From an uncultured Pseudomonadales bacterium (GTDB lineage: Bacteria > Patescibacteriota > Microgenomatia > UBA1400 > PJMF01), in assembly GCA_964491115.1 (NCBI GenBank), contig CAZBEW010000003.1, forward strand, positions 23,026 through 87,025: a stretch of 64,000 nucleotides of DNA. Reading direction: 5' to 3'. The first letter of the stretch is position 1. Each line of letters opens with the position of its first letter. The notes beneath the pieces are model-generated. The model worked only from the letters and a program-made list of their open reading frames with translations, made no database searches and had not been told where the DNA came from. Shown here piece by piece: positions 40,049 to 49,826 of the stretch. Made by a program: the position numbers and the translations under genes.

Positions 40049-41056
40049 TTATCTTTTACCTCGTTTTTTCTTTTTTCGGTTTTTTTTAATTTTCTCTTGA
40101 ATTTTAGCCTTGGTTGCACGAGTGTTCTTTTTAGGTAAAGGCTCGGTGCTACCATCTTTTTTAGCCAATAGATTGGCTAAATCACTTGTTTCTTTACTTG
40201 CTGCCGGACTCTTAAAAAGCTTGCTGGCAAAAGACTCTTTAATATTTTTTTGCTCTTTTTCTTCTTGCAACAAGAGGTTCTTCCCTTGCTCTTCCGGCAA
40301 CAATTTTCCTCCAAAATATCCTTTTTTAGCAACGTGATTGTTCCAAAACACAGCAATTCCGCCTAGTCCAGAAATAAAATATTGCGTGACAATACTAAAG
40401 ACAGTGCCAATTATCCAATAAAGGGCAAGTCCAGAGGGTAATTTTAGAGCAATAAAACCAGTCATCAGTGGCATCATAAACATCATTTGACCCTGCATGC
40501 TGGCTGCCATTTCTGCCACATCCTCTTCTTTTTCATTGGCTTTTTTTAATAAGTCGCTTTGTGTTTTGTTTGGCACTATGTCTCTGGTTTGTGTAGCAGG
40601 AGAAACCATTAAAGACAAAATAAATTGAGTTGCAGCAGCCAAAATAGGAAAAATATATTTCCCGTCTGGCTTGCTAAGATCTAGCCATAAAAAATTAAAA
40701 TTAAGACCGCTGTCTTGACTGAACAAGCGGGTTATCGACTGATACAAAACAATCAAAATCACTAATTGCAGTATTTGTGGTAAACATCCGGCTAAAGGAT
40801 TGATATTATAACTTTTATAAAGTTGAGACTGAGCCAGCGCAAAACCTTGCTGGTCGTTTTTATATTTTTCTTTAATTTTATCTAGCTCTGGTTGAAGTTT
40901 TTTAATTTTTTGAGACGACTTAATACTTGGTAAGGTTAAGGGCAAAATTAACGCGCGAATTATTATGGTAAAAACTATCAAAGCCCAACCGGCGTTGCCA
41001 AAAATACTATTCAAATAAAGCAAAGAGTTAGAGAAAAAATTAATTAAAAAATCCAT
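40049..41056 (-). CDS. yidC: Membrane protein insertase YidC (short Gram-positive/CPR type)
   Basis: 'GNAGWALIVFTIIIRALILPL', 'KLQPELDKIKEKYKND', 'YNINPLAGCLPQILQL'; Lys/Arg-rich C-tail. Confidence 0.85.
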   Translation of the reverse strand: MDFLINFFSNSLLYLNSIFGNAGWALIVFTIIIRALILPLTLPSIKSSQKIKKLQPELDKIKEKYKNDQQGFALAQSQLYKSYNINPLAGCLPQILQLVILIVLYQSITRLFSQDSGLNFNFLWLDLSKPDGKYIFPILAAATQFILSLMVSPATQTRDIVPNKTQSDLLKKANEKEEDVAEMAASMQGQMMFMMPLMTGFIALKLPSGLALYWIIGTVFSIVTQYFISGLGGIAVFWNNHVAKKGYFGGKLLPEEQGKNLLLQEEKEQKNIKESFASKLFKSPAASKETSDLANLLAKKDGSTEPLPKKNTRATKAKIQEKIKKNRKKKKRGKR

Positions 41057-41063
41057 AGATAAA

Positions 41064-41246
41064 TTAGTGGTGACAGTGCAATACTCGCCACATTCCTTTC
41101 GTTAGCCCAACGATTATACCATTTTTTTTAATTTCGATTGCGGTGTATTGACTACAACTTGGTTGCTGACGACACACTGGAGAATAACCAAAAGCACTAT
41201 ACATAATATTGTGGTAAATGGTGCTTAATAACTTATAAAGTTTCAT
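41064..41246 (-). CDS. yidD: Membrane protein insertion efficiency factor YidD
   Basis: 'YSPVCRQQPSCSQYTAIEIKKNGIIVG' canonical YidD motif. Confidence 0.75.
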   Translation of the reverse strand: MKLYKLLSTIYHNIMYSAFGYSPVCRQQPSCSQYTAIEIKKNGIIVGLTKGMWRVLHCHH

Positions 41247-41250
41247 GAGA

Positions 41251-41616
41251 TTAATCTAAAATTTTTAAAAAAACTACGTCTAGGTCTTTTTTTAAATCTA
41301 TGATGGAAAAGTCCTTTTTTTTATAGACTAGTACCACGTCAACACTCTCTTTAAAGATGTTTTTAGCAGCACTCTTGTTCAGCTCGTCGGCTTTTTCTCT
41401 AATTAAATTATAAATTAATCGACGATGGTGGTTGCGCTTAGTTGCCTCTGGGAAAAGGCGAGAGGGTGCAAGTGCGGCAACTCTCAAGAGCGAAAGATTG
41501 TTGTGTTGATAATATACAATTAAGTTTTCAGTTAACAGTCGCTTGCTTTTTTGAAAATCAAAACCATTATTATCTATCGCTAAAGATAGATTAAGGCGGT
41601 GTTTTTTTGCTAACAT
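41251..41616 (-). CDS. rnpA: Ribonuclease P protein component
   Basis: Size, position between rpmH and yidD, basic 'ATKRNHHRRLI' RNR-like motif. Confidence 0.55.
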   Translation of the reverse strand: MLAKKHRLNLSLAIDNNGFDFQKSKRLLTENLIVYYQHNNLSLLRVAALAPSRLFPEATKRNHHRRLIYNLIREKADELNKSAAKNIFKESVDVVLVYKKKDFSIIDLKKDLDVVFLKILD

Positions 41617-41639
41617 TGAATTAATTTAGTTTAAAAGGG

Positions 41640-41786
41640 TTATCCCTTTTTGATAACCGTTAGTTTGCTTCGTTTTTTAGCCCGACGCCTAGCTAAAACT
41701 TGACGTCCGCCAAGACTAGACATTCTAGCCAAAAAACCATGCATTCTGAGGCGCTTTTTTTTCTTAGGATTCCAAGTTCTTTTCAT
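41640..41786 (-). CDS. rpmH: 50S ribosomal protein L34 (not in ORF track; found by reverse-complement reading)
   Basis: Reverse complement translates to [48 protein letters not shown]. Confidence 0.85.
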   Translation of the reverse strand: MKRTWNPKKKKRLRMHGFLARMSSLGGRQVLARRRAKKRSKLTVIKKG

Positions 41787-41807
41787 AAGTGGCAATTATA
41801 ACACAAG

Positions 41808-42953
41808 CTAGTCATTAACTCTAAACGGCATGCTGATGTAAAAATAGTCTTTATTGTTCTGACCAACGAAGCGAGCCGGCTTGAGGCTTTCATTAATTGA
41901 TATAGAAATTTTTTCCGAATGAACGGCGTTAATAAAATCAATTAAATAAAGAGCATTAAAGGCAATTTGCAAATCATCTACTTCTTGATCACTCAAATCT
42001 GTTTTTATCTCAACCGTGATTTCGCTATTATATTCGCCAAAACTAGGAGAAATCGCCTTAATCATCAAGCCACTTTCTTCTTTAGTTTTTTTAAAGGAAA
42101 AACGAACAATATTAGATGTTTCTCTAGCAAAAATTTGCGCTCTTTTAAGTTGGCTTAAAAATTCATCGCTATCCACTTCAAGCGTAAGTTTAAAGCTTGG
42201 AGGAATAATTTTTTGATACGGAGGAAAATCTCCCTCAATTAAACGCACAAAAAAATCAACGTTACCCACTTTAAACAACAATTGTTTAAGCTCATTAGAG
42301 ACAACAACCGACACCTCTTCAATTTGCCCTTGCTTAGCAATTCTTAATAATTCAGCAATCGCTTTAGCTGGCACCAATAGGTTTTGTTTGAAAGAGAAAT
42401 TAAGCTGTTTTAAGCTAAAACTAGCCAGGCGAAAACCGTCCGTTCCAATTACCAACAAGCCTTTTTCAGAAAAATCCATTAACAACGAAGTTAAAACTGG
42501 CCGCGTTTGATCATTGCTAGAAGCAAACACAGTTAAACTATTAATTTTTTCTAGATCAGCGACATTTAAGTTAAAATTATCACCAGTTACTTTGGGAAAT
42601 TTTGGATACTCCTCTGCAGATTGACAACTTAATTTAGCTATTGTTTTTCCCTGACTAATATACAAAACAGCCTCTTTTAGTTCTAGAGTAATTTTTCCAG
42701 GAGGAAGAGAGCTAATAAGACTTCTAAAAGTATCTCCATCGACTACTAAGCTTCCGCTTTCTTTAACTTCAACTACCAAGCTAGCTCGCATTCCTAAATA
42801 TAAGTCAGTGGCTGCTAAAACGAGCTTGTTGTTTTTTGCTTCTAAAAAAATTGATGACAAGATTGGCAACTGCGGTTTGTTTGGCACTATCTTTTGCAGA
42901 TAGTCCAATTGTTGTTTTAAGGTTTCCTGAAGAACACTTATTTTCATATTCAT
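41808..42953 (-). CDS. dnaN: DNA polymerase III beta sliding clamp
   Basis: 'MKISVLQETLKQQLDYLQKIV...LSSIFLEAKNNKLVLAATDL'; 381 aa; position next to dnaA. Confidence 0.85.
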   Translation of the reverse strand: MNMKISVLQETLKQQLDYLQKIVPNKPQLPILSSIFLEAKNNKLVLAATDLYLGMRASLVVEVKESGSLVVDGDTFRSLISSLPPGKITLELKEAVLYISQGKTIAKLSCQSAEEYPKFPKVTGDNFNLNVADLEKINSLTVFASSNDQTRPVLTSLLMDFSEKGLLVIGTDGFRLASFSLKQLNFSFKQNLLVPAKAIAELLRIAKQGQIEEVSVVVSNELKQLLFKVGNVDFFVRLIEGDFPPYQKIIPPSFKLTLEVDSDEFLSQLKRAQIFARETSNIVRFSFKKTKEESGLMIKAISPSFGEYNSEITVEIKTDLSDQEVDDLQIAFNALYLIDFINAVHSEKISISINESLKPARFVGQNNKDYFYISMPFRVND

Positions 42954-42959
42954 TTTTTA

Positions 42960-43280
42960 TTTTAGTATTGTTTATTCATATTGTAACTGATGATTATGTT
43001 TAATATTTATTAAATTTTTAAAAAGTAATAGTAGTAGTAGGGCATGTGGTAAAGTGAAAAATAGCAAAATAAACAAAAAAAACAACGATTGTTTGCGATT
43101 ATTTAATAATAAGATTTGTGGATAAGTATAATATTCTTTGTGAATATTTTATTAAAAATAACTTAATTTATGTAGAAAACTTTTAAAGAAATTAACATTA
43201 TGGGTGAAGTTATTCACAATTATTCACAATGTATTCAGAAGATTTCCACAAAATCGAAAATTTATGTGGAAAAGAGAATA
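42960..43280. promoter_or_regulatory. Candidate oriC: AT-rich unwinding region plus DnaA boxes
   Basis: Perfect TTATCCACA (complement strand) at 43117-43125; two TTATTCACA boxes 10 bp apart at 43210-43218 and 43220-43228; TTTTCCACA-like at 43242-43250 and 43265-43273; AT-rich 42960-43100; additional TTATACACA at 44925-44933 upstream of dnaA. Confidence 0.55.
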
Positions 43281-43341
43281 GGTGTTAAGTGCTTTTTTCT
43301 AAAAAAGCCTTAATCATCAGTTTTTTAATGTGCTTGCTTTC

Positions 43342-44859
43342 TTATTTAGAAACAGCAATTAAAGACATTTTTAGGGCAGAAAGATCCTGGGCGAGGTCTT
43401 CATCGACTAAAAGTTCTTGTTCGATTTTTTTTACCGCGTGGATAACGCTGGTGTGGTCGCGTCCCCCAAACCACTGACCAATTTCTTCCAAAGAACTATT
43501 CAGCTCTTGTCTTAACAGGTACATGGCCACGTGTCGCGCCCTGACCAAGTGTTTGTTGCGACGTCCACCTTTAATTGCGCTTTGCTTGAGGTGATAGTGG
43601 TTACCGACGCTTTGAATAATGTCTTGAGGTTTAACGCGCAGGGTTGTTTGGTGGTTTTGTCTAATTTCTTTTTTTAAAATGATGTCAATTAATTCGCTGT
43701 TAATTTCAGCTCCTTGTAATTCGACAGCGCTGCGGATTTTTTGAATAATTCCCTCAATTCGTCTTGCGCTATCAACTTGAGAAGCAATTTTTTGCGCCAA
43801 ATGGTTGGGAATGTTAATGTGACCCGTTTCTGCTTTAAGCAATAAAATCGCGGTGCGTAATTCCAGAGTGGGCTGCTGGATGTCAATTATTAGTCCTGCC
43901 TCGAAGCGCGAGCGAATTCTGTCTTCTAGTAAACTTATTTCATGTGGCGGAAGATCAGAGGTTAGAACAACCTGAGAGTTGTTAGCAGTCAGTGCGTTAA
44001 ATGTGTGAAAAAACTCTTCTTGAACACTTTTTTTACCAGCAATAAATTGAATGTCGTCTAATAAAAGCAGATCGGCTTTTCGATATTTATTGCGAAACTG
44101 AGCAGAGTTTTTATTTTGTATTGAGCGAATGATTTCGTTAGTGAATTGTTCTCCAGTGCAAAAAACAATGTTGGAATCTGGGTTGTTTTTTAACACATAA
44201 TTGGCAATCGCGTGCATGAGGTGGGTTTTACCAACGCCTACGCCACCATACAAAAAAAGAGGATTGTAACTCGTCCCTAAACTGCTAGCAACCTTGGTTG
44301 CCGCAGCGTGAGCCATCTGATTGCTTGGGTCGACGGCGAAGTTTTTAAAGGTATAATCTGTTTTTAAGCCAATTTGTTTAGCTGTTAAAATATACCTATC
44401 AACAGTGTTATTTTTAATATTTGAGTAAGAAAATAGTTCATCAACGGTGGGTGATAAAAGGTCTGGTCTGCTGCTTGTGTCGTCCATTACGCTTTCATTA
44501 CTTAGCGCTGTTTTTTTGTTTTTTTGAATTCTTTGGTCGGCTTGGGCGAAACCCTCGCGTCCTTGTTGTAGAGTTCGATTACCAACAATAAAATTAATTT
44601 CGATCGGTCGATTAACATATTTCTCCAAAGCAGTCTTAATTGGCAAATAAAGGTTAGACTTGAGGTTGGTTACGTGAAAAGCGGTCATGCAACTAATGGT
44701 GGCCTCGGCTTTTAAATCGTCGACAATTGTCAGTTGTACTAGGGGACTTGGCAAAATCCAGGTGTTGAAAATCGCAGGACTGAGACTGTTTTCTAGATCA
44801 TTTTTAGCCATTTGCCAAATTTGTTCTACGGTTTGAACATCATAGTTTTGTTCAGACAT
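43342..44859 (-). CDS. dnaA: Chromosomal replication initiator protein DnaA
   Basis: Walker A 'GGVGVGKTHLMHAIANY', 'LLLDDIQFIAGK', C-terminal 'HTSVIHAVKKIE' DnaA-box-binding helix. Confidence 0.9.
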   Translation of the reverse strand: MSEQNYDVQTVEQIWQMAKNDLENSLSPAIFNTWILPSPLVQLTIVDDLKAEATISCMTAFHVTNLKSNLYLPIKTALEKYVNRPIEINFIVGNRTLQQGREGFAQADQRIQKNKKTALSNESVMDDTSSRPDLLSPTVDELFSYSNIKNNTVDRYILTAKQIGLKTDYTFKNFAVDPSNQMAHAAATKVASSLGTSYNPLFLYGGVGVGKTHLMHAIANYVLKNNPDSNIVFCTGEQFTNEIIRSIQNKNSAQFRNKYRKADLLLLDDIQFIAGKKSVQEEFFHTFNALTANNSQVVLTSDLPPHEISLLEDRIRSRFEAGLIIDIQQPTLELRTAILLLKAETGHINIPNHLAQKIASQVDSARRIEGIIQKIRSAVELQGAEINSELIDIILKKEIRQNHQTTLRVKPQDIIQSVGNHYHLKQSAIKGGRRNKHLVRARHVAMYLLRQELNSSLEEIGQWFGGRDHTSVIHAVKKIEQELLVDEDLAQDLSALKMSLIAVSK

Positions 44860-44963
44860 ATTAACGTAACCCTTAAATTTACTGGGGCAGAATTAGAATA
44901 ATAAGTGAAAACTAGCAAGCATAGTTATACACAGAGTTTTTCACATTTGACAAGGGGCAATTT

Positions 44964-47216
44964 TTATTCTGAGCCTTTGTAGTCGTCAATAGAGTAGCCG
45001 TATAGCTGTCTGGTTTTTGGTTGAGCTTCTTGTTCAAGCTCTTGAGTGTTGTCAAAATTATTGTTTAAATCGCTGTTTTGGCTACTTGCTGTCTCGTTTT
45101 GAATGTTTGTTTCTTCGTTTTGTCCACTCGCCACCTCATTTTCAGCAACTGTTTGTTGTTTTTGTTCAGCATCAAAAATATTTTTGATTTGCGGTAGAGT
45201 GTTGCTTTGACGTAATCTGATTTCTGCTTGACGCTCGGCATTTTCTAGTAAATCAGTCTCTATTTTAACCTTTTCTCCTTGCCAGGGAATTTTTTCAGGT
45301 CTGCTAAATTCTCCAACTTTTTCCTCGCTTTTCTCAATCGTGCTTTCTTGTTCTAGTCGACGACGTCTAAGCTCACGCTCTGCCTCAGCCTGTTTCTTTT
45401 TGGCTAAAATTTCTTCAGGATCTGTTGTGATTGCTCTATCTTCTTTTTCTGACGCAATAACTCGTAGTGCCACGTGATTTTGGCCAGCAAAAAAGATGCC
45501 TTCGCCAACATCTGAAGTCACCAACAGCTGTCTTTCTCCCTCAGACAAATAAAAAGTTTGCGCTAAAAGAGGAATCGAGGAGGTTGATTGCTTCATTAGA
45601 AACTGAATAGAAGAGTTAGAAACGATTGCTCGCCCATAATCGTTGCGCAAAAAGTCTTCAACGTCTTGAGTAATGGTGGTAATACCAAGGAAATATTTAC
45701 GAGCGCGTTTAACCATCGAATATACAAAAGCAGAGCTATCTTGATGCATCATGAAGTACCAGGCTTCATCAATCACTAAAATTCGTTTTTTAAGATCTTT
45801 TTTCACTTTTGTCCAAATGAAATCAAGAATCACGTACATGGCAATTGGTCGCATTTCTTCTTCCATTTCTCTGACGCTAAAAACAGTGAAGGGGGAGCGA
45901 ATGTCAATGTTTGAAGCTTTATCAAAAATTCCCCGAAAAGACCCCGTAATAAATTTTTCTAAACGTGCTGACAAATCATCGCTTTCATCTTGTTCCATGC
46001 CGACTAAGGCCTTGTATAGGTCTTCCATTAGGGGTGGAGTATTAGTTTGAGTGTTGGGATCGGGAGTAATGCCCTTGGCTTTATAGCTGGCAATGATTGC
46101 TCGATCAAGAATTGCTTCTTGTTGAGGAGTCATTTCTCCCAACATCACTTTTAGCAGACCATGCAAGGACAAAATCTTTTGACCAAGCTCATTTTCTCCC
46201 TCTTCGTACAAATTAGATAGGTCAAATGGATTAATTTTTGCCTTAGAACCAAAAGTAAAATTAATATATTCTCCGCCAACCATATTACATAGCTCTTCAT
46301 ATTCATGTTCTGGATCTAGCACGATAATTTCCGTGTCAAACATGAGCTGGCGCAAAATTTCTAGTTTTACTGTGTAGGATTTTCCTGCACCAGATTTAGC
46401 AAAAATAACCATGTTGGCATTTTCCATTTTAAAACGATCAAAAATTACCAAAGAATCGTTGTGTTCGTTGATGCCATAAACAATGCCAGTTTCCATGGTT
46501 AATTCTGAGGAAGTAAAGGGAAAGGTTGTGGCTAACGAAGTGGTGTCCATGTTTCTAGTGATTAACAGGCGATCGGTGCCCATTGGCAAGGTGTTTTTGA
46601 AGCCCTCATCCATTTGTAAAGCGGTTTTTTTTGAAACAATTAATAAAGAGCCTAAAGAAGATTGAATGGCTTTGGTGATTTTGTCTAATTGCTCTCTAGT
46701 TTCGCTTTTAATAGTGACGTATAAGCTAAATTGGAAAAATCTTTCCGAGCCAGCCGCCAGTTGCTCTCGCATGACTCGCGCGTCATTTAATTTAATTTCA
46801 GTGTTAATATTACTAATTTTACCGTTGCGGAGATCTGAGGTTATTTCTGCCTCCATTTCAGTGATTTTTCTTTTCAAATCATCTAAAATTTTGCTGGTGT
46901 CAGACGGAAAAACAAACATCGAAATATTAGCTTGAGTGGGAAAATTAATTAGCGGTGACAACCAGTTGGCTGGGACAGTACGCGGATAACCAGCCACAAA
47001 AATAGTTCTTGTATATGTTGAATTAATTTTTTGATAGGTGAAATCCACCTCTATTGCTTCTGGGGCAATAATATCTTGAATAGTCACTAGACCACGAGAA
47101 AAATCTTTCAATCTTTCTTGAGTATATTGCTCTGCATCAATCTTTTTTTTCTCAACAGGATCAGTGACTGTTTCTTTCTTTTTAAAAAATGGTAGGTTTA
47201 GGTTTAGTAATGACAT
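44964..47216 (-). CDS. VirB4/TrbE/CagE-family T4SS ATPase with a 130-aa acidic/Gln-rich C-terminal tail
   Basis: Walker A 'AKSGAGKSYTVK', Walker B 'ILVIDEAWYF'; N-terminal 'GYPRTVPANWLSPL' VirB4 N-domain. Confidence 0.8.
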   Translation of the reverse strand: MSLLNLNLPFFKKKETVTDPVEKKKIDAEQYTQERLKDFSRGLVTIQDIIAPEAIEVDFTYQKINSTYTRTIFVAGYPRTVPANWLSPLINFPTQANISMFVFPSDTSKILDDLKRKITEMEAEITSDLRNGKISNINTEIKLNDARVMREQLAAGSERFFQFSLYVTIKSETREQLDKITKAIQSSLGSLLIVSKKTALQMDEGFKNTLPMGTDRLLITRNMDTTSLATTFPFTSSELTMETGIVYGINEHNDSLVIFDRFKMENANMVIFAKSGAGKSYTVKLEILRQLMFDTEIIVLDPEHEYEELCNMVGGEYINFTFGSKAKINPFDLSNLYEEGENELGQKILSLHGLLKVMLGEMTPQQEAILDRAIIASYKAKGITPDPNTQTNTPPLMEDLYKALVGMEQDESDDLSARLEKFITGSFRGIFDKASNIDIRSPFTVFSVREMEEEMRPIAMYVILDFIWTKVKKDLKKRILVIDEAWYFMMHQDSSAFVYSMVKRARKYFLGITTITQDVEDFLRNDYGRAIVSNSSIQFLMKQSTSSIPLLAQTFYLSEGERQLLVTSDVGEGIFFAGQNHVALRVIASEKEDRAITTDPEEILAKKKQAEAERELRRRRLEQESTIEKSEEKVGEFSRPEKIPWQGEKVKIETDLLENAERQAEIRLRQSNTLPQIKNIFDAEQKQQTVAENEVASGQNEETNIQNETASSQNSDLNNNFDNTQELEQEAQPKTRQLYGYSIDDYKGSE

Positions 47217-48329
47217 TTAAAGTTCTACAGGTGCAGGTGAGTTATTTGCTTTCTTGCTAATTGTTGTTGGGTTGGGGTTTGCTTCTTCTCCATAATCGAG
47301 GTGTTTCTGAACGGCAGGTGCCTGTCCTGTATCTCGAATCATGGGATTTTGCTGATTAATTTGTGTTTGAAGTGAGGGAATTTCTTCTCTAAAGCTAGAG
47401 GAGGAGCTTGTTTGCCAATGGGGGGCTACCGGACTTGTTGGTCTAGTGGCGGGAGCAATTTCCTCTTGCTTGGGTCTTGGCACTGGCGACTCAACTTTTT
47501 CTTGTCTGCGCTCTGATGCTGGCGCTTTGATTTCTTCTTGGTCAGGCGCTGTAGTTGCTGTTGTCGCATCGTCATCTCTTAACGCCCCACTTTCTGTATA
47601 GAGTGTTTGGCGGAAATTCTGGCGTATTCGTTGTGGATCTTGTTCTTCAGCAAGGCTGGCTCTCACGATTGGTGTAGTGTAACTGTCGCTATTAGCCACC
47701 TCCTGACCCTCCGTGGACTCTGGATTGTAATTGACGTAAAAATTTTGAATGATTTCTTGAGTGTCTAGTTGTCTGGCAAATAAGCCCACTCGGTTGAATT
47801 GGGCAATGAGATGATCTCTTCTTGGATCGAGAATAGCGCTAGCTTTTTCAACTAAAACGGTTTTTTCGTGGTTGTTAATATCAAACTTGGTTTTACCGGG
47901 TAAGACACTTTCTGCGGTGTATAAACCCATTTCAGCTGCGTTAGTAGGTACAACAACAAAAAACTTTTTTTCTAAAACATTGCGCTCGTAGATTAAGTTG
48001 GCTACAAATTCTCTATATTCAGCAATTAATTGAGACTTAGCTCTTGATTTACTTTCCTTAATTTGATTGTCTAACAATCTTAAATAGCGACTAGCATCCT
48101 TGACGTTCGACTGAATATTAATTTGAATTGGAAAATTTAAAGAATTAAGCAACGCTCCATAAGTGTACATGATGGCGTCTTGTTCTTGTTCCGCCAAGAG
48201 ACTAAAGTTCATGGTGCCAATTTGCATAATTATTGACACCACGCCATCTTTAAGAATCACCATATCATTGGTGATGTCATAAACATCTAGAAATTCCTGC
48301 GTGGTAGAGTTGATACTGTTGTCACTCAT
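47217..48329 (-). CDS. Hypothetical T4SS-associated protein (globular N-domain plus Pro/Thr/Glu-rich tail); abuts the VirB4 start
   Basis: Position only; no recognisable motif. Confidence 0.35.
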   Translation of the reverse strand: MSDNSINSTTQEFLDVYDITNDMVILKDGVVSIIMQIGTMNFSLLAEQEQDAIMYTYGALLNSLNFPIQINIQSNVKDASRYLRLLDNQIKESKSRAKSQLIAEYREFVANLIYERNVLEKKFFVVVPTNAAEMGLYTAESVLPGKTKFDINNHEKTVLVEKASAILDPRRDHLIAQFNRVGLFARQLDTQEIIQNFYVNYNPESTEGQEVANSDSYTTPIVRASLAEEQDPQRIRQNFRQTLYTESGALRDDDATTATTAPDQEEIKAPASERRQEKVESPVPRPKQEEIAPATRPTSPVAPHWQTSSSSSFREEIPSLQTQINQQNPMIRDTGQAPAVQKHLDYGEEANPNPTTISKKANNSPAPVEL

Positions 48330-48380
48330 AAAGCTATTTCAGTTTACTAGATTTTAAGTGCTAATAAAAGAGCTTTGTCC

Positions 48381-49397
48381 CTAATTAGCAATAATTTTAA
48401 TTTCTGGTACTATCCTTCCGGTTAATCTAATAGAGATGGGGTCAAAGTTTAAATCCTTTGCTTCGGTTTTAATGAGGTATTCGCCGTTAGGAAGGGCAGT
48501 TTTAATGGCAAATTCACCCTCAATGTTGCTTTTGCTAATGCGTAAAGCCTGGTCGTCATTGCTGGCAAAAACTTCAATTAAGGCATTGCTTACTGGCTCG
48601 TTTTCTTGATTAAAAACAAGACCAAACAGTTGGTTTGCTAACATGCTCTCTCTTTCCGACTGCTTTTCTTCATCAGCTTGATCTTCTTTGTTGGTATTTT
48701 TTAGAGGGTAGTTTTCTTGGACCTTTTTTGCCTCGGTTTTTTCCTGTATTTCTTGTTTAGCTGGCAATGGATCGCTTTCTTGGGCGTATTGTACTTGTTG
48801 TTGTTCCTGAATTTGCTCAAGGCTTTTAATTTTTCTCACTCTTGTTTTTAAATGAGGTTTGTCCACCCTAATATCTTTTTGAACAGAAATATTTTCTGCC
48901 TTAATTTCTACTTGACTAAAATTGGCCAGCAAATCTTCTGCTCTTTGATTGTAATGTAAATCCCATTGGTCAAGATCTTCGTTGGCACTAGGAACGCTTT
49001 TTAGATATTCTTGAACGCGCTGTTTTCTAGCTGGCGAGTAATTTACCTCTGGAGTAATATCTAAATTTTGATTTTGATCCGCTTGGTAGTTAAAAAAATC
49101 GGGGACCTTGGGTGCTTTTTTCCAAAAAAATTTAGTTGGTTTCCATATGTTTTTGAAAAAAGTTACGATCCAAAAATCTAAGGGTCTTTCTTCAACCGGA
49201 ACAAAAGCAATCATGACAGCCAAAATGATAATAAAAATAAACAGTGGCCACTTTACTATGGCAATTAAGTTACTTTTGAAAACAATAAAAGCAATGATAG
49301 CGCCAGCAGCCAATTCGCCAAACTGCTTTAGAGTCATGCTGCCGATTAGGTGAAACTTGTAGCCAGTTATATCTTGGGGAATAGAGTGTTGTATCAT
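48381..49397 (-). CDS. PrgI/VirB3-like two-TM protein fused to a C-terminal carboxypeptidase-regulatory-like beta-sandwich domain
   Basis: N-terminal 'SIPQDITGYKFHLIGSMTLKQFGELAAGAIIAFIVF ... PLDFWIVTFFKNIWKP' matches the PrgI-family pattern; C-terminal 'NALIEVFASNDDQALRISKSNIEGEFAIKTALPNGEYLIKTEAKDLNFDP'. Confidence 0.45.
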   Translation of the reverse strand: MIQHSIPQDITGYKFHLIGSMTLKQFGELAAGAIIAFIVFKSNLIAIVKWPLFIFIIILAVMIAFVPVEERPLDFWIVTFFKNIWKPTKFFWKKAPKVPDFFNYQADQNQNLDITPEVNYSPARKQRVQEYLKSVPSANEDLDQWDLHYNQRAEDLLANFSQVEIKAENISVQKDIRVDKPHLKTRVRKIKSLEQIQEQQQVQYAQESDPLPAKQEIQEKTEAKKVQENYPLKNTNKEDQADEEKQSERESMLANQLFGLVFNQENEPVSNALIEVFASNDDQALRISKSNIEGEFAIKTALPNGEYLIKTEAKDLNFDPISIRLTGRIVPEIKIIAN

Positions 49398-49822
49398 AGG
49401 GACAGCTTATTTGACTGATATTCAAAGCGACTACTGTCGATATCGCCAAATCCTTTTTCATTTAACCATATTTCGAGCGCTTTTTCTGTAGCATTTAGAC
49501 CCATGTCCGATTTGACAACAAAACCGCCGGTTTTATAAGAAAATTCGATGGTGAAATTTGACGTGCTTACTGGAGTGATGTTTTTTAATTCTGTGATCTG
49601 ACGATGTTGCTCGGTAACTTCTTCACTAAAATCTGGCTGGTCTGTGGGATAACCATGATCATGAATGTTTTTAATTTTTTCGAACTCTGGAGTGGGCGAC
49701 GCTTGTTGTGGCACGTTTCCTTCCTGACCACCTTGCTGAGTTACTCTTTGCAATACTATTATGGCAATTAGAATAAGTATTAATAAGATGATAATAAGCA
49801 GGGTTTTTTTCTTTTTTTTCAT
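49394..49822 (-). CDS. Small N-terminally anchored protein
   Basis: 'LLIIILLILILIAIIVL' TM; overlaps neighbouring genes by 4 nt (operon). Confidence 0.35.
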   Translation of the reverse strand: MKKKKKTLLIIILLILILIAIIVLQRVTQQGGQEGNVPQQASPTPEFEKIKNIHDHGYPTDQPDFSEEVTEQHRQITELKNITPVSTSNFTIEFSYKTGGFVVKSDMGLNATEKALEIWLNEKGFGDIDSSRFEYQSNKLSL

Positions 49823-49826
49823 ATTT

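Noticed and set aside
43029-43045. 'gtagtagtagtag' short tandem run
   Set aside because: Trivial microsatellite within the AT-rich origin spacer; included in the oriC call rather than as a separate feature.
45751-46935. Small plus-strand ORFs inside the VirB4-like gene
   Set aside because: Antisense to a gene with strong Walker-motif support.
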